Positions 10,232 to 21,043 of a stretch of DNA of 64,000 bases are shown here, piece after piece (within the stretch, counting starts at the first letter, position 1; each line of letters starts with the position of its first letter). The position numbers were made by a program, and so were the translations under genes. Under the pieces are notes generated by a model. The model was not told the DNA's origin. It made no database searches and saw only the letters and a list, made by a program, of their open reading frames with translations. The stretch is taken from the NCBI GenBank assembly GCA_963793425.1, contig CAWCAG010000007.1:256001-320000 (forward strand), in the 5' to 3' direction. Origin of the DNA: an uncultured cyanobacterium (lineage in GTDB: Bacteria; Cyanobacteriota; Cyanobacteriia; Cyanobacteriales; CAWCAG01).

Positions 10232-11263
10232 TTATTCTAAAGGAGACTTATCTAAGTACGCCCAAAGAACTAATTTACCAGGGCCTTTTAATTGAACAAT
10301 ACTGATATAGTAATTAGTACCTTTTATCTGATAAAGGTCTCCTCCTGCATATCCTTCATCCTTTTTCTCATAATCAGAACCGTTAGCTTCTAGCTGAGGA
10401 ACTATATCTTCTTCAAATACCTTTTTTAGAGTTTTTTCAGGAACGACTCCAATATTGATAATATTCGCTGCTTTATCTTCAAACCAATTTACCTCTTTTT
10501 GATCTTGATCAAAGGAAGGGAAAAAAATTTTTACCTGCTTTTCTATTTCTAGAATCTGATTTTCTAATTCTTTTATCTGCTCTCTCGGCGTTTTGCCGTC
10601 ATTTTCCTTATTCTTCTTCTCTACTTTTAAAGGATTGATTTGAGCTGTAATGTAGAACGTAAAAAAACGTGAATCTCCTCTAGAATCATTAGGAGTAAAA
10701 TTATCTACAAATTGTTTTGCTCTATTCTCTGCCTCTACATCTACTTCTTCTTCACCACTTCCGCTATCATCTGATTCATCATCCTCGTCACCTTCCCCAT
10801 TTTGCTTGTTGGGATCATCTTCATTATTTTCTTCTGAATCCGAACTTATAGGCTCTTTTTTATTAGACTTATTATCAGGTGAATCATCCTTCTTATCAAG
10901 ATCAGGAACGGTTTCTACCTCAGTTGGTTTAGTAACAACCTCTTTCTTAACTGGTTGAGGCTGAATATTAGGAACGGTTTTTGGAGAAGGGGAAGAAAAT
11001 ATTGGTAGTGGTTGCTTTTTCTTATTTTGCTTGGTTTCTACATTAGAAGGAACATCAAGAATGGCGATGGGAACATCTTCAATCAACTCTTCTTCAACAA
11101 CCTCCTCTTCCTCTGGCTTCTCTTCTAAGGGCAACATCAAAACTGCACCATGAAGCCCCAAAGAAGCTAACACAGCGAAAGGAAAAATCAGCTTAGGAAA
11201 AGACAAAAGCAATTTTTGATATCGCTTCTGCAATTGGTACATAGTAAAAGTATTCCCCATCAA
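10232..11263 (-). CDS. Hypothetical membrane-anchored protein with acidic/Pro-rich linker
   Basis: N-terminal TM ASLGLHGAVL, long low-complexity acidic linker, globular C-terminus. Confidence 0.7.
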   Translation of the reverse strand: MMGNTFTMYQLQKRYQKLLLSFPKLIFPFAVLASLGLHGAVLMLPLEEKPEEEEVVEEELIEDVPIAILDVPSNVETKQNKKKQPLPIFSSPSPKTVPNIQPQPVKKEVVTKPTEVETVPDLDKKDDSPDNKSNKKEPISSDSEENNEDDPNKQNGEGDEDDESDDSGSGEEEVDVEAENRAKQFVDNFTPNDSRGDSRFFTFYITAQINPLKVEKKNKENDGKTPREQIKELENQILEIEKQVKIFFPSFDQDQKEVNWFEDKAANIINIGVVPEKTLKKVFEEDIVPQLEANGSDYEKKDEGYAGGDLYQIKGTNYYISIVQLKGPGKLVLWAYLDKSPLE

Positions 11264-11376
11264 TATCGGTATCTCAGCTACTACTTAGTGTAGATACTTT
11301 TAGTAAAGGAGTTGTTCCAAACATTAAGCTAACTCGCCACAAATATTAAAAGGTGTAAAACTTGTTTCCAAGTCTC

Positions 11377-12444
11377 CTAGTCCCTCTTAATCACCGAACG
11401 CAACAAATCAGCCAACTTCTCCGCACTATCTTTCACTGCTAAAGTCTCTGCTTTTTTTCCCATCTCTGCTAACTTTTCTGGGGACTCTAATAAACTCAAC
11501 ACCCGATCTGCCAACTTCTGGGGGGTTAAGCTAGCTTGATCATAAACATAAGCCGCCTCAGCCTTAGCAAACACCTTAGCATTGTAGGCTTGATGGTCTT
11601 CGGCGGCATAGGGATAAGGAACTAAAATAGCTGGTGTCTTAGTCACCGCTAACTCAGTTAAAGTTCCTGCCCCAGCCCGACTAATCGCTAAATCAGCCCT
11701 TTGTAACAAAGCTGCCATATTGTTATAAAAAGGTAAAGCAATATACTGAGGATGCTGTAAACTATCGGCATCGGGATCTTGTTTTCCGGTGAGGTGAACT
11801 ACCATTGCCCCAGTTTTGAACCAAATAGGAGCGCATTGGCGTACCATTTGATTAAGGGCTACGGCCCCTTGGGAACCTCCCACCACCACAATCACAGGAA
11901 TAGATTTAGGAATTGGTAAATCTAATTCTTGATGGGTATGAAAATTTTCCCTAACTGGGGTGCTTACCCAAACTGTGCGAGAACGACCTAAAAAAGAAGC
12001 AGCATCAGCAAAACCCAAAGCCACGCGATCGCACAAAGGGCCAAATAAACGAGTCACCTTACCAGGAATAGCATTAGACTCGTGGAGAATAACCGGTACA
12101 CCTGCTAAACGGGCTGCCATAATTGTTGGTCCGGCGATATATCCCCCGGTAGTAAACACAGCATCAAATTGGCGCGTCTTTAATAAACGCCGTACTTCCA
12201 AAACCGAAAAAGTTAGTTTTTGGAAAATAGCCAAACTACCCAAACCAAGACGCTTTTGAAAACCAGTAACAGCTATAGTATGGAGAGGATATTGTTTAGG
12301 AACCAAAGTTGTTTCCAAACGATCTGGTACTCCCAGCCACTCAATTTTATAATCTCTCAACTGTTCTGCCACAGCTACGGCGGGAAATAAATGCCCCCCC
12401 GTACCACTAGCAGCTATTAATAATCGAATCGGTGCTTTAGACAC
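11377..12444 (-). CDS. murG: Lipid II GlcNAc transferase
   Basis: SGTGGHLFP, TGGY, HESNAIPG, GGSQGA, SRAGAGT, DHQAYNA. Confidence 0.96.
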   Translation of the reverse strand: MSKAPIRLLIAASGTGGHLFPAVAVAEQLRDYKIEWLGVPDRLETTLVPKQYPLHTIAVTGFQKRLGLGSLAIFQKLTFSVLEVRRLLKTRQFDAVFTTGGYIAGPTIMAARLAGVPVILHESNAIPGKVTRLFGPLCDRVALGFADAASFLGRSRTVWVSTPVRENFHTHQELDLPIPKSIPVIVVVGGSQGAVALNQMVRQCAPIWFKTGAMVVHLTGKQDPDADSLQHPQYIALPFYNNMAALLQRADLAISRAGAGTLTELAVTKTPAILVPYPYAAEDHQAYNAKVFAKAEAAYVYDQASLTPQKLADRVLSLLESPEKLAEMGKKAETLAVKDSAEKLADLLRSVIKRD

Positions 12445-12484
12445 AAGCTTTATCTGTTAAAATTCAACTCTACATAAACGACCA

Positions 12485-13360
12485 ATGACCATTGTTCTAT
12501 TATCCCAACTATCATTGATGTCCCAAATACCTTTTGCTAGCCATTCTCGACAAAAATTAAGCCAACCTACAGCTAAATTCCGTTTTGCACCCTTAAATTG
12601 GTCTTTTTCTCTACTCTTAAGTTTAAGCTTAATCGTCAGTTTAGCAGAGGTTGTCCGGGCCGATAGCCCAGAAAGCGCCCCTCAAGAAGTTAAAGAATTT
12701 CTCTCCACAATGGAAATGTCGGCTAATGCCAAAGATGCAGAACAAGTAGAACAATTTTATAGTCCTAACTTTGTCAATTCTGATGGTTTAAATCGTGCGG
12801 ATCTGATGGCGGGAATCAAGGAATTATGGACACGCTATCCTCAACTAAGTTATCGTACAGAACTTAATTCCTGGGAACAGCAGAACAATCAAATCGTGGT
12901 CGAAACAACTACATATATCAACGGTATTCAAGCTGTTCAGGGAAAAACCACTAACTTAGAAGCAACTTTGCGATCGCGGCAATATTGGGAAAATAATCAA
13001 ATTGTCCGTCAAGATGTTTTAGAAGAGAAAACCGTTTTAACTTCCGGAAATAATCCTCCCCAAGTTGAGATTAATTTACCTCAAACAGTCAGGGCAGGGC
13101 GACAATTTTTCTTTGATGCTGTGGTTACTGAACCTTTAGGAGATGATATCCTTTTAGGCATTGCTTTAGATGAAAAAGTAAATCCGCAACGCTATACTGA
13201 TCCTAGTAGCTTTGAGTTAGATTTATTACCCGCCGGAGGAATTTATAAAGTAGGTAGGGCCCCTTCAGAAACAGGCAGCCGCTGGATTTCTGCCATCCTG
13301 ATTCGCAGCGACGGTATGACTATTGTTTCTCAACGTTTACAGGTGGTGGAAAGTCGCTAA
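12485..13360 (+). CDS. Secreted NTF2-like domain protein (conserved cyanobacterial)
   Basis: Signal-like N-terminus, FYSPNFxNSDGL, GGIYKVGRAP; exact start uncertain. Confidence 0.75.
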   Translation: MTIVLLSQLSLMSQIPFASHSRQKLSQPTAKFRFAPLNWSFSLLLSLSLIVSLAEVVRADSPESAPQEVKEFLSTMEMSANAKDAEQVEQFYSPNFVNSDGLNRADLMAGIKELWTRYPQLSYRTELNSWEQQNNQIVVETTTYINGIQAVQGKTTNLEATLRSRQYWENNQIVRQDVLEEKTVLTSGNNPPQVEINLPQTVRAGRQFFFDAVVTEPLGDDILLGIALDEKVNPQRYTDPSSFELDLLPAGGIYKVGRAPSETGSRWISAILIRSDGMTIVSQRLQVVESR

Positions 13361-13386
13361 TTGCTAGCAGCTAGCTATTAACAAAA

Positions 13387-14445
13387 TCAAGGGTAAAAAG
13401 CCAACTTAGGTAGCCCCAACATCTCATCCCAACCCATCATTAAATTCAGACATTGCACCGCCTGTCCTGCTTGACCCTTGATTAAATTATCAATAGCTGA
13501 CATGACAATCACCCTATCTGTGCGAGGATCTACTTCTACACCGATATAACAAAGGTTTGTCCCATAAGCCCATTTAGTTTGGGGATAAACTCCATTAGGT
13601 AAAACCTTGACACAGTTAGAATTACGATAAAAAGCCTTGTAAATAGTTAATAGGTCATCTCGCACCAATCCAGGATCTCGTAAATTGGCATATACCGTAG
13701 AAAGAATACCTCGTACCATCGGAATCAGGTGAGGAGTAAATTGTACCCTAACCTCATGCCCTGCTAAATCACTACAAATTCTTTCAATTTCAGGAGTATG
13801 GCGGTGTCCGGCTACTCCATAGGCCCCAAAAGAATTATCTGCCTCGGCTAAGAGTAAGTTGATTTTCTTCTGTCTTCCTCCCCCAGAAGTCCCGGATTTA
13901 GCGTCAATAATAGCTGTTTCTGGCAAAATCAAACCCTGTTTCAACAAAGGAGAAAGAGCCAGTAAACTGGCGGTAGGATAGCAACCAGGACAACCAATTA
14001 ACTGCGCCCCACGAATCTTATCGCGGTACAATTCCGGTAAGCCATAAACAGCCTTAGCTGCAGTTTCATAATCGCTGCGCTCTTTTTTGTACCAAGCGCT
14101 ATAAGTATCTAAGTTATCAAAGCGATAATCAGCCGAAAGATCCAAAACACGACAACCTTTAGCTAATAAAATTGGGGCAATATCACAAGCAAGACCGTTG
14201 GGTAAACCCAGGAAGACTGCCTGACAACGGGAAGCTATTTCATCTATGTTGACTGCTTCCACCGTTTTATCAAAACAATGTTCTAAATGGGGATAAATAT
14301 CACCGAAAGATTTACCCGCACTACTATCTCCCCCTAAATAGACAATCTCAACTTGAGGATGATCAATCAGGAGTCGGACAAGCTGTACACCACCATAACC
14401 GGAAGCGCCAATAATTCCCACTGAAAGGCGTTCTGAATCAACCAT
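13387..14445 (-). CDS. argC: N-acetyl-gamma-glutamyl-phosphate reductase
   Basis: [41 protein letters not shown]. Confidence 0.97.
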   Translation of the reverse strand: MVDSERLSVGIIGASGYGGVQLVRLLIDHPQVEIVYLGGDSSAGKSFGDIYPHLEHCFDKTVEAVNIDEIASRCQAVFLGLPNGLACDIAPILLAKGCRVLDLSADYRFDNLDTYSAWYKKERSDYETAAKAVYGLPELYRDKIRGAQLIGCPGCYPTASLLALSPLLKQGLILPETAIIDAKSGTSGGGRQKKINLLLAEADNSFGAYGVAGHRHTPEIERICSDLAGHEVRVQFTPHLIPMVRGILSTVYANLRDPGLVRDDLLTIYKAFYRNSNCVKVLPNGVYPQTKWAYGTNLCYIGVEVDPRTDRVIVMSAIDNLIKGQAGQAVQCLNLMMGWDEMLGLPKLAFYP

Positions 14446-14602
14446 AAAGCTTAACCCCTAGGTACTCTTGAATCTGCTATTACTCTTAAATCTCTTGCTC
14501 TGCTGCATTTTAGTACCAAAACTGCCTTTTTGAGTATTTAATTTTAAGAATGGGGAGATTGGGGGTAGCTAAGTAATTAAGTAATACCAAATTACCAGAG
14601 CC

Positions 14603-15031
14603 TTAATAGCTGATCATCTCCACCTCCCCGTAGGTTTCTATCCATAACCTTGCCCCACCATTGTTCGGCTTATCAGGGCTATAAATTAGGCGACAAGGGC
14701 CTTTAATATCGGCTTGATGAGCGTAGATACTTTGATTGTTCCCCTGATTAAGACTGATTACTGGCTCAAACTCGTTGTTTTTCCTATTTCTGGTGATTAC
14801 TTCACGACTAACATAGATAACTTTCACTGCCGAAGAGTAAGGTTTACCCCAACGAGGAACGGGACCTCTTTGACCACGAGAAACCTTGGGTTTACCACGA
14901 TACAACGGAATCATCCAGGCTTTACCAGCTTTATAAGCTCCTTGGATGCGTTTTTGTTGGAGTAGGTAAAGTACTCTTCTAGAAGTAACCCTTAACATTT
15001 TGGCAGCTTTTTTTGTATCAATGAGTTCCAT
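14603..15031 (-). CDS. Excisionase-like HTH DNA-binding protein with small C-terminal domain
   Basis: IDTKKAAKMLRVTSRRV...RIQGAYKAGKAWMIP HTH; C-terminal GPCRLIYSPDKP..GARLWIET. Confidence 0.7.
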   Translation of the reverse strand: MELIDTKKAAKMLRVTSRRVLYLLQQKRIQGAYKAGKAWMIPLYRGKPKVSRGQRGPVPRWGKPYSSAVKVIYVSREVITRNRKNNEFEPVISLNQGNNQSIYAHQADIKGPCRLIYSPDKPNNGGARLWIETYGEVEMISY

Positions 15032-15139
15032 AATCGGCTAAATTCAAAAAGAACTGTTCTTTATAAAAAAAAGATACCATAAAATCAAGTATGAGCTATT
15101 GATATACTGACCTACTCCCCCTATTTAATTTTTTGTCTA

Positions 15140-16813
15140 GTGGAATCGCTTCAAAACAACTCTTTTAAATTTGACTCTATTGACTCTGCCCTCGCAGATA
15201 TTAAAGCTGGACTTTCTGTTGTGGTAGTGGATGATGAAAATCGCGAAAACGAAGGAGATTTGATTTGTGCAGCCCAATTTGCTACCCCTGATAACATCAA
15301 TTTTATGGCTGTGGAAGCTAGAGGATTGATTTGCCTGGCGATGACGGGCGATCGCCTTGATGAACTTGATTTACCTTTGATGGTGAATAAAAATACTGAT
15401 AGTAATCAAACTGCTTTTACTGTCAGTATTGATGCTGCCCCCAACTTAGGGGTGACTACAGGTATTTCTGCCGAAGATCGGGCCAAAACTATTCAAATTG
15501 CCATCAACCCAGCCACTCGTTCTGAAGATTTACGTCGTCCTGGTCATATTTTTCCCCTCCGCGCCCGTAAAGGTGGGGTATTGAAAAGGGCAGGGCATAC
15601 CGAAGCTGGGGTGGATTTAGCTAGGTTAGCCGGGTTGTATCCCGCAGGAGTCATTTGCGAAATTCAAAATCCTAATGGTTCCATGGCTAGGTTGCCAGAA
15701 TTAAAGGAATATGCTCAAAAACACAATTTAAAATTAATTAGCATTGCGGATTTAATTAGCTATCGCTTAAAACATGATCGCTTTGTCTTTCGGGAAACCG
15801 TTACTAAACTCCCTTCCCTATTTGGGAATTTCCAAATTTACGCCTATCATAATGCTCTTGATGATACAGAACACGTCGCTATTGTCAAGGGAAACCCCGT
15901 TCAATTTAAAGATCGTCCCATTATGGTGCGAATGCACTCAGAATGTTTAACTGGAGATGCTTTAGGCTCCCTGCGTTGTGATTGCCGGGGACAACTGCAA
16001 TCTGCTTTGAAAATGATTGAAGCTGCTGGGGTAGGAGTGGTAGTTTATTTGCGTCAAGAAGGGCGAGGCATTGGCTTAATTAATAAGTTGAAAGCCTACT
16101 CCTTACAAGATTTGGGTTTAGACACCGTAGAAGCCAATGAACGTTTAGGTTTTCCGGCCGACTTACGAGACTATGGTATGGGGGCGCAAATTCTTAATGA
16201 TTTGGGGGTTAAGCAAATTCGTTTGATTACCAATAATCCTCGTAAGATAGCTGGGTTGAAAGGTTACGGTTTGGAAGTTGTAGACAGGGTTCCTTTGTTG
16301 ATCGAGTCCACTGATCATAATTCTAGCTACTTAGCTACCAAAGCTAGTAAGTTAGGTCATTTACTATTACAAACTTATTTAGTCACCGTAGCCCTTGACT
16401 GGCAAGATGAAATGTTACCCCTTACAGCAGGCTACGAACGTTTAGAGAAGCTACGTTATTTAGCCCAATGCCATAACCTCCTATTGCAAGAAGAAGCCAG
16501 ACCAGTAGCTTTAGCGCTATTTAGCCAACCAAATTTAACCGTCCATCTCGGCTTTGATCAACCTCAACTAGCAGGTAGCAGTTGGTATCAAGATCAAAAT
16601 CACCCTTACTTAAAGGCGATCGCTCAAATACTTGACCATCTCGTTACTTGGCCAAGTATCAAACGTTTAGAGTTTTTAATCGCCCCCAGTTGTGACCCCA
16701 TGACTAGTTTACAGATTAAATTAGATCGAAAACATTTCCCCTTAAGCAGTAAGCCTTCCCAGTTATTCAGTAACTTAGAAACCCAAATTATCTATAGCTT
16801 TTCACAGATTTGA
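15140..16813 (+). CDS. ribBA: Bifunctional DHBP synthase / GTP cyclohydrolase II
   Basis: DDENRENEGD, RAGHTEA, RMHSECLTGDALGSLRCDC, QEGRGIGL, ITNNPRK. Confidence 0.96.
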   Translation: MESLQNNSFKFDSIDSALADIKAGLSVVVVDDENRENEGDLICAAQFATPDNINFMAVEARGLICLAMTGDRLDELDLPLMVNKNTDSNQTAFTVSIDAAPNLGVTTGISAEDRAKTIQIAINPATRSEDLRRPGHIFPLRARKGGVLKRAGHTEAGVDLARLAGLYPAGVICEIQNPNGSMARLPELKEYAQKHNLKLISIADLISYRLKHDRFVFRETVTKLPSLFGNFQIYAYHNALDDTEHVAIVKGNPVQFKDRPIMVRMHSECLTGDALGSLRCDCRGQLQSALKMIEAAGVGVVVYLRQEGRGIGLINKLKAYSLQDLGLDTVEANERLGFPADLRDYGMGAQILNDLGVKQIRLITNNPRKIAGLKGYGLEVVDRVPLLIESTDHNSSYLATKASKLGHLLLQTYLVTVALDWQDEMLPLTAGYERLEKLRYLAQCHNLLLQEEARPVALALFSQPNLTVHLGFDQPQLAGSSWYQDQNHPYLKAIAQILDHLVTWPSIKRLEFLIAPSCDPMTSLQIKLDRKHFPLSSKPSQLFSNLETQIIYSFSQI

Positions 16814-16877
16814 TCAGCTATTTTTTAGCTAAATAAATCATCTATTTTGATAATGAAGTAGGAAAGATTAGTCATAA

Positions 16878-17090
16878 TGGCGGTAAGTCTGGCGGTTATT
16901 CATTCTCCAGTTGTCTTTCCCCACAACCCGCAGGCATATGGGTGACTCACATCACCCAGTTTGTTCAGATTTCATCACCCTTACCTTTCTGATGGTATCA
17001 CCGCAGTAGCTATGTTGAGATCCCTCATTTAGGTAGATAAAGTTCACCGTCAGACACAAGGTTGAATCACCAACTTAAGTTGGTGAAAGT
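16878..17090. ncRNA. Candidate structured ncRNA (strand unresolved)
   Basis: GC-richer ORF-free block with hairpins GTTGT-N8-ACAAC and GGGTGA-N6-TCACCC, ending in a perfect 20-bp palindrome at 17067-17086. Confidence 0.4.
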
Positions 17091-17247
17091 GGGATATTAA
17101 TATGTATCGGAAGTATCAGAGAGTTTTTGGAATCCTCCGATGTTTTTTATTTTTTAAAGGCTTGAAATAACTTACTTGTTTTCAAGTAAGTTATAGCCAA
17201 TTTTTTCAGCACGTACAAGATGAATATTAAATTTTTCATCTCTTAAA

Positions 17248-18975
17248 ATGAACAACCAACAATTCACTATACTGATTATCAGCGATCAAACTAATGAACT
17301 AAGTTATTTGGCGAATTTATTGGTTGAAGAAGGATATTTGATAGAAACATTTACTTCTATTGAATTAGCTAGAGACGCTGTAGAAAATCTCCAAATTAAT
17401 CTGATTCTTATTGACCTGAGATTACCGAATCCAGAGGTTTACCAACTTGCTAAAAGTTTCAGAAACCAATCTCAAACAAGGGAAGTTCCCATTATCTTCT
17501 CTGTCGATTTAGATAATAATTTCGACCGTTCAGCAATTTTTGCGATAGAGAACTGCGATTACTTGATTAAGCCTTGGCTTAAAGAAGAGATTATCGCTCG
17601 TCTGGGTAATCAACTAAGCTCCAAAAAAGTGCCAAAAAATCTGCTATTAACTCGGCAAATATTTGATTGTAGTCAGCAATTTATTTTTGCCCTAACCTCA
17701 GCAGGTAAGATTCTTGAAGTTAACCAAAAAGCGCTAAATTTTGGTGGTGTTGCTCGAGAAGATATAATTAATTGCCCTTTGTGGGAAACAAGCTGGTGGG
17801 CAGATTCTGCGGCAAATCAAGAGCAGTTAACCCAGGCGATCGCAACAGCAGCGACAGGGAAGTTAGTACGTTACGATGCGGAGATTCAAGGAGAAGGTGA
17901 TGAGATCGCCAATATTGATTTGACGATTCAACCCATCCTTGATGAATCAGGAGAAACTGAGTTTCTCCTTTGTGAAGGTTGGGAAATTACAGCTAGGAAG
18001 TTAGCAGCAGAATTAGCTAACCAGGGCAAAAGCCAATTTTTAGTGAATATGAGTCATGAACTTCGTACTCCCCTCAACGCGATTATTGGCTTTTGCCAGT
18101 TATTAATTAGCGATCAATCTTTAACCTCAAAACAGCAAGAGTATATAGAAATAATTGAGCATAATAGCGATTATTTATCATGCCTAATTAATGATATTCT
18201 AGAAATATCTGCCATTGAAGCTGGGCGAGTAACTCTCAATCAAACTGGTTTTGATTTTTATGAATTTCTAGATGCTCTCGAAGAAGTTCCCCAAATTAAA
18301 GCGGTTTCTAAGGGCTTAGAGCTAAACTTTGAGCTAGATGCCGATTTACCTCAACGGATTTGTACAGATAAAGCTAAGCTGCGGCAAGTTTTAACTAGCT
18401 TGCTCGATTATGCTATTAAACATACCCAAGAAGGGCAGATATGCTTAAATGTTTCTTCAAGGGTTGATAACGAGCAAACGTTAATTCAATTTGAAGTTTC
18501 TAATGCTAGTTCTGGTATAAGTCCAGCAGAATTAGAACAATTATTTGTACCCTTTGAACAAAGAGCAAGAGAAGAAAAAGAAGAGTCAAAAGCTCAGAAA
18601 AACCTGGCTTTATTAATTACTCAAAAGCTGGCTCGCTTGCTGGGAACACAAATCAATGTTACTAAAGAAATAAGGCGGAAAAGTATCTTTAGTTTTGAGA
18701 TTTCTGCCCAAGAAAAAGAGATTTCGTCTGTAATGCAAACCCCAAGTCTGACTCCATTGCCCCCAACTCTAACGGTAGAGGATCTAAGGGTGATGTCGAG
18801 GGAATGGATTGAGCAGTTATATCAAGCAGCCCTTGCTGTAGATGATAAACAAATTTTGTCTTTAGTAGAGCAAATCCCTGCAAGGGAGGCGAATTTAGCG
18901 GAACTAATTACTAATGCGGTTAATAGTTTTCGTTTAGATATCTTAGTAGAGGTGATCGAAGATTATAAAAAGTAG
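17248..18975 (+). CDS. Hybrid sensor (REC-PAS-HisKA) with degenerate HATPase domain
   Basis: [15 protein letters not shown]-box intact; N/G1/G2 boxes read [22 protein letters not shown]. Confidence 0.85.
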   Translation: MNNQQFTILIISDQTNELSYLANLLVEEGYLIETFTSIELARDAVENLQINLILIDLRLPNPEVYQLAKSFRNQSQTREVPIIFSVDLDNNFDRSAIFAIENCDYLIKPWLKEEIIARLGNQLSSKKVPKNLLLTRQIFDCSQQFIFALTSAGKILEVNQKALNFGGVAREDIINCPLWETSWWADSAANQEQLTQAIATAATGKLVRYDAEIQGEGDEIANIDLTIQPILDESGETEFLLCEGWEITARKLAAELANQGKSQFLVNMSHELRTPLNAIIGFCQLLISDQSLTSKQQEYIEIIEHNSDYLSCLINDILEISAIEAGRVTLNQTGFDFYEFLDALEEVPQIKAVSKGLELNFELDADLPQRICTDKAKLRQVLTSLLDYAIKHTQEGQICLNVSSRVDNEQTLIQFEVSNASSGISPAELEQLFVPFEQRAREEKEESKAQKNLALLITQKLARLLGTQINVTKEIRRKSIFSFEISAQEKEISSVMQTPSLTPLPPTLTVEDLRVMSREWIEQLYQAALAVDDKQILSLVEQIPAREANLAELITNAVNSFRLDILVEVIEDYKK

Positions 18976-19010
18976 TTTAATAATGGACAGTTGTTAATTG
19001 CTAAAAAAAC

Positions 19011-19046
19011 TAATGTAGAGACATTTTACACAATGCCTCTACATTA
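19011..19046. repeat. REP-like hairpin between convergent genes (possible terminator)
   Basis: TAATGTAGAGACATT...AATGCCTCTACATTA. Confidence 0.6.
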
Positions 19047-19187
19047 AGGAAATTAGCTTTTAGATTTATGGCCTTTCTCGGACTGATGAGGTACATTTCT
19101 ATTTCCAGGCTTCCACTAGCTACTAGCTACTAGCCAAAGCGCAAAAACCAGGCTGTACCTCACGCTTACCAAGAATTGCTATATAAT

Positions 19188-19709
19188 TTACATATTCTCT
19201 TTAAGTACCTTTGCCTTCTCACTTAAAGATTCTGGGGCTGACTTAATATTTTCTTGCAGATTTTCAAAGTTCTTCTTCGCACCTTCGGAAACATTGCTGG
19301 AGAACTCTTTAACCGAACTACCGATATCTTCACCTAAATTTTCAACTCTTTCTCCGATTGGTTCACCGTTTTTGAAGCTTTCAGCAAATTCTTCAGGATT
19401 TTCTGATCTGTTGAGATTGGTTTTAGCCTGATCTTTAGTAGCTTTTGCCTTAGCTTTCATGCCAGAGGTGTTTTGACGAGGATCTGTATCACTATATTGA
19501 TTCATGCCCCCTTCACGAGGTTGAATAGTTTCATAGAGTTCAGTTTGGTTAGGAATTGCCTTATTTGTGCTTCCTTGTGAAGCATTAACAGAAGATGAGT
19601 CTCCGCAAGCTGTGGTGATTAATAAAAAGACTCCTGCCAAGAAAACGCTCAAAATCCGAGCCAATCCCAGACGTTTGTAAGCTGAAATTATTTTATTCAT
19701 TTTATTCAT
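19188..19709 (-). CDS. Putative lipoprotein, cyanobacterial stress/LEA-like hypothetical
   Basis: Lipobox-like ITTAC, GGMNQYSDTDPR motif, helical C-terminus. Confidence 0.7.
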   Translation of the reverse strand: MNKMNKIISAYKRLGLARILSVFLAGVFLLITTACGDSSSVNASQGSTNKAIPNQTELYETIQPREGGMNQYSDTDPRQNTSGMKAKAKATKDQAKTNLNRSENPEEFAESFKNGEPIGERVENLGEDIGSSVKEFSSNVSEGAKKNFENLQENIKSAPESLSEKAKVLKENM

Positions 19710-19879
19710 TAGATATTTTTGCAGACTTCACAAACTAATTTTCCCTGTAAACCGCAGGAAAGCAATCTTTATTTATAGCGAAAAATGTCTTTGGCTTCGC
19801 TTTGCTTTCTATGCCAGAAGAAACAATTTTTGTCTGACTCTTGACTATCTAAAGAAATAATATTTGTTCTAGGGGAAGC

Positions 19880-19928
19880 AAAGCAACCCAAGTAGGGTAG
19901 CTATTGCCCACCCTACTTGGGTTGCTTT
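19880..19928. terminator. 19-bp perfect inverted repeat (REP-derived) downstream of ctaB
   Basis: AAAGCAACCCAAGTAGGGT / ACCCTACTTGGGTTGCTTT. Confidence 0.65.
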
Positions 19929-19939
19929 TTAATTCCGGG

Positions 19940-20896
19940 TTAAACGATCAACTTATCTACATTGCTAATAACAATGTCAATTAAATGTTGAGTTAAAGGC
20001 AAACAGTCAACCACAATAGCGGTACATAACAGCATCATGTAAAGTATGGAATACTTAAACAAAGATTTCGCTAACTGCTTGTCGGTCGGTGCTTGTTTTA
20101 ACTGCCAGGCTTTACGTAGGAAAATATAGCCCAAAACTGTAGCCACTACGCCATAAACTACTCCTAACCCTCCAAAAGGATAAATTAAACCGAAAGTAGC
20201 AGGTACAACTAACAGAGTATAAAGCCAAATTTGCTTAACAGTGGCTTCTTCCCCAGCTACCACGGGTAACATCGGTACATTAACCTGGGCATAATCGTCG
20301 CGGATCATCAAAGCTAAGGCCCAGAAATGGGGTGGTGTCCACAGGAAAATAATCATAAATAATAATCCTGCTGCCCAACTTAGATTACCCGTCACCGCAG
20401 CCCAACCTACCAAAGGAGGAATAGAACCTGCCGCACCACCAATGACGATATTTTGGGTGCTATGGCGTTTGAGTAGGTGGGTATAAATGAACATATAGAA
20501 AACGATGCCAGACATGGCTAGTAAGGCGCTGAGGAGATTAGCGAAAACTGCTAACAGGGTAAAAGAAATAAAGGCCAAAACTGAAGCGAAAATCGCTGCA
20601 TCTCTAGGACTAACCCGTCCAGAAGGGATAGGACGATTGCGAGTCCGCTTCATTTCATAGTCAATATCTCGGTCGTAAATACAGTTTAAAGTTTGGGCAG
20701 AAGCAGCAGCTAAGGTTCCCCCCACTAAAGTTACGAACAATAATAAGGGGTCTACTTCACCTTCTGAGGCTAGCCAAACTGCGGCGGCGGTAGTGATAAG
20801 TAGTAGAGGAATAATGCGGGGCTTGGTTAACTGATAATAGCTGTGGATAACTTCCCCTAAGTTTTCATTGCGGCGGGAAATGCTTGTCCCAATCAT
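19940..20896 (-). CDS. ctaB: Heme o synthase (protoheme IX farnesyltransferase)
   Basis: LTKPRII, DRDIDxxMxRTxx[16 protein letters not shown]. Confidence 0.95.
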   Translation of the reverse strand: MIGTSISRRNENLGEVIHSYYQLTKPRIIPLLLITTAAAVWLASEGEVDPLLLFVTLVGGTLAAASAQTLNCIYDRDIDYEMKRTRNRPIPSGRVSPRDAAIFASVLAFISFTLLAVFANLLSALLAMSGIVFYMFIYTHLLKRHSTQNIVIGGAAGSIPPLVGWAAVTGNLSWAAGLLFMIIFLWTPPHFWALALMIRDDYAQVNVPMLPVVAGEEATVKQIWLYTLLVVPATFGLIYPFGGLGVVYGVVATVLGYIFLRKAWQLKQAPTDKQLAKSLFKYSILYMMLLCTAIVVDCLPLTQHLIDIVISNVDKLIV

Positions 20897-21043
20897 ATAT
20901 TCACACCAAATAAGTTTTTTCGTTGTTTGTTGTTGCTAATGCAGGAACTTAATTTGACTCACTAGTTTCTCAAGGTGAAAATCCAACTCCAGTATTACTT
21001 TTGACTTTTGACTTTTGAATGTATGACTTGTTACAAAGCAGCA

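Noticed and set aside
16878..17090. Resemblance to Cas12k tracrRNA or a cobalamin/c-di-AMP riboswitch
   Set aside because: Only short words match (TAAATGAGGG, TGAATCACC) and on opposite strands; riboswitch cores are absent; no cas or tns genes nearby.
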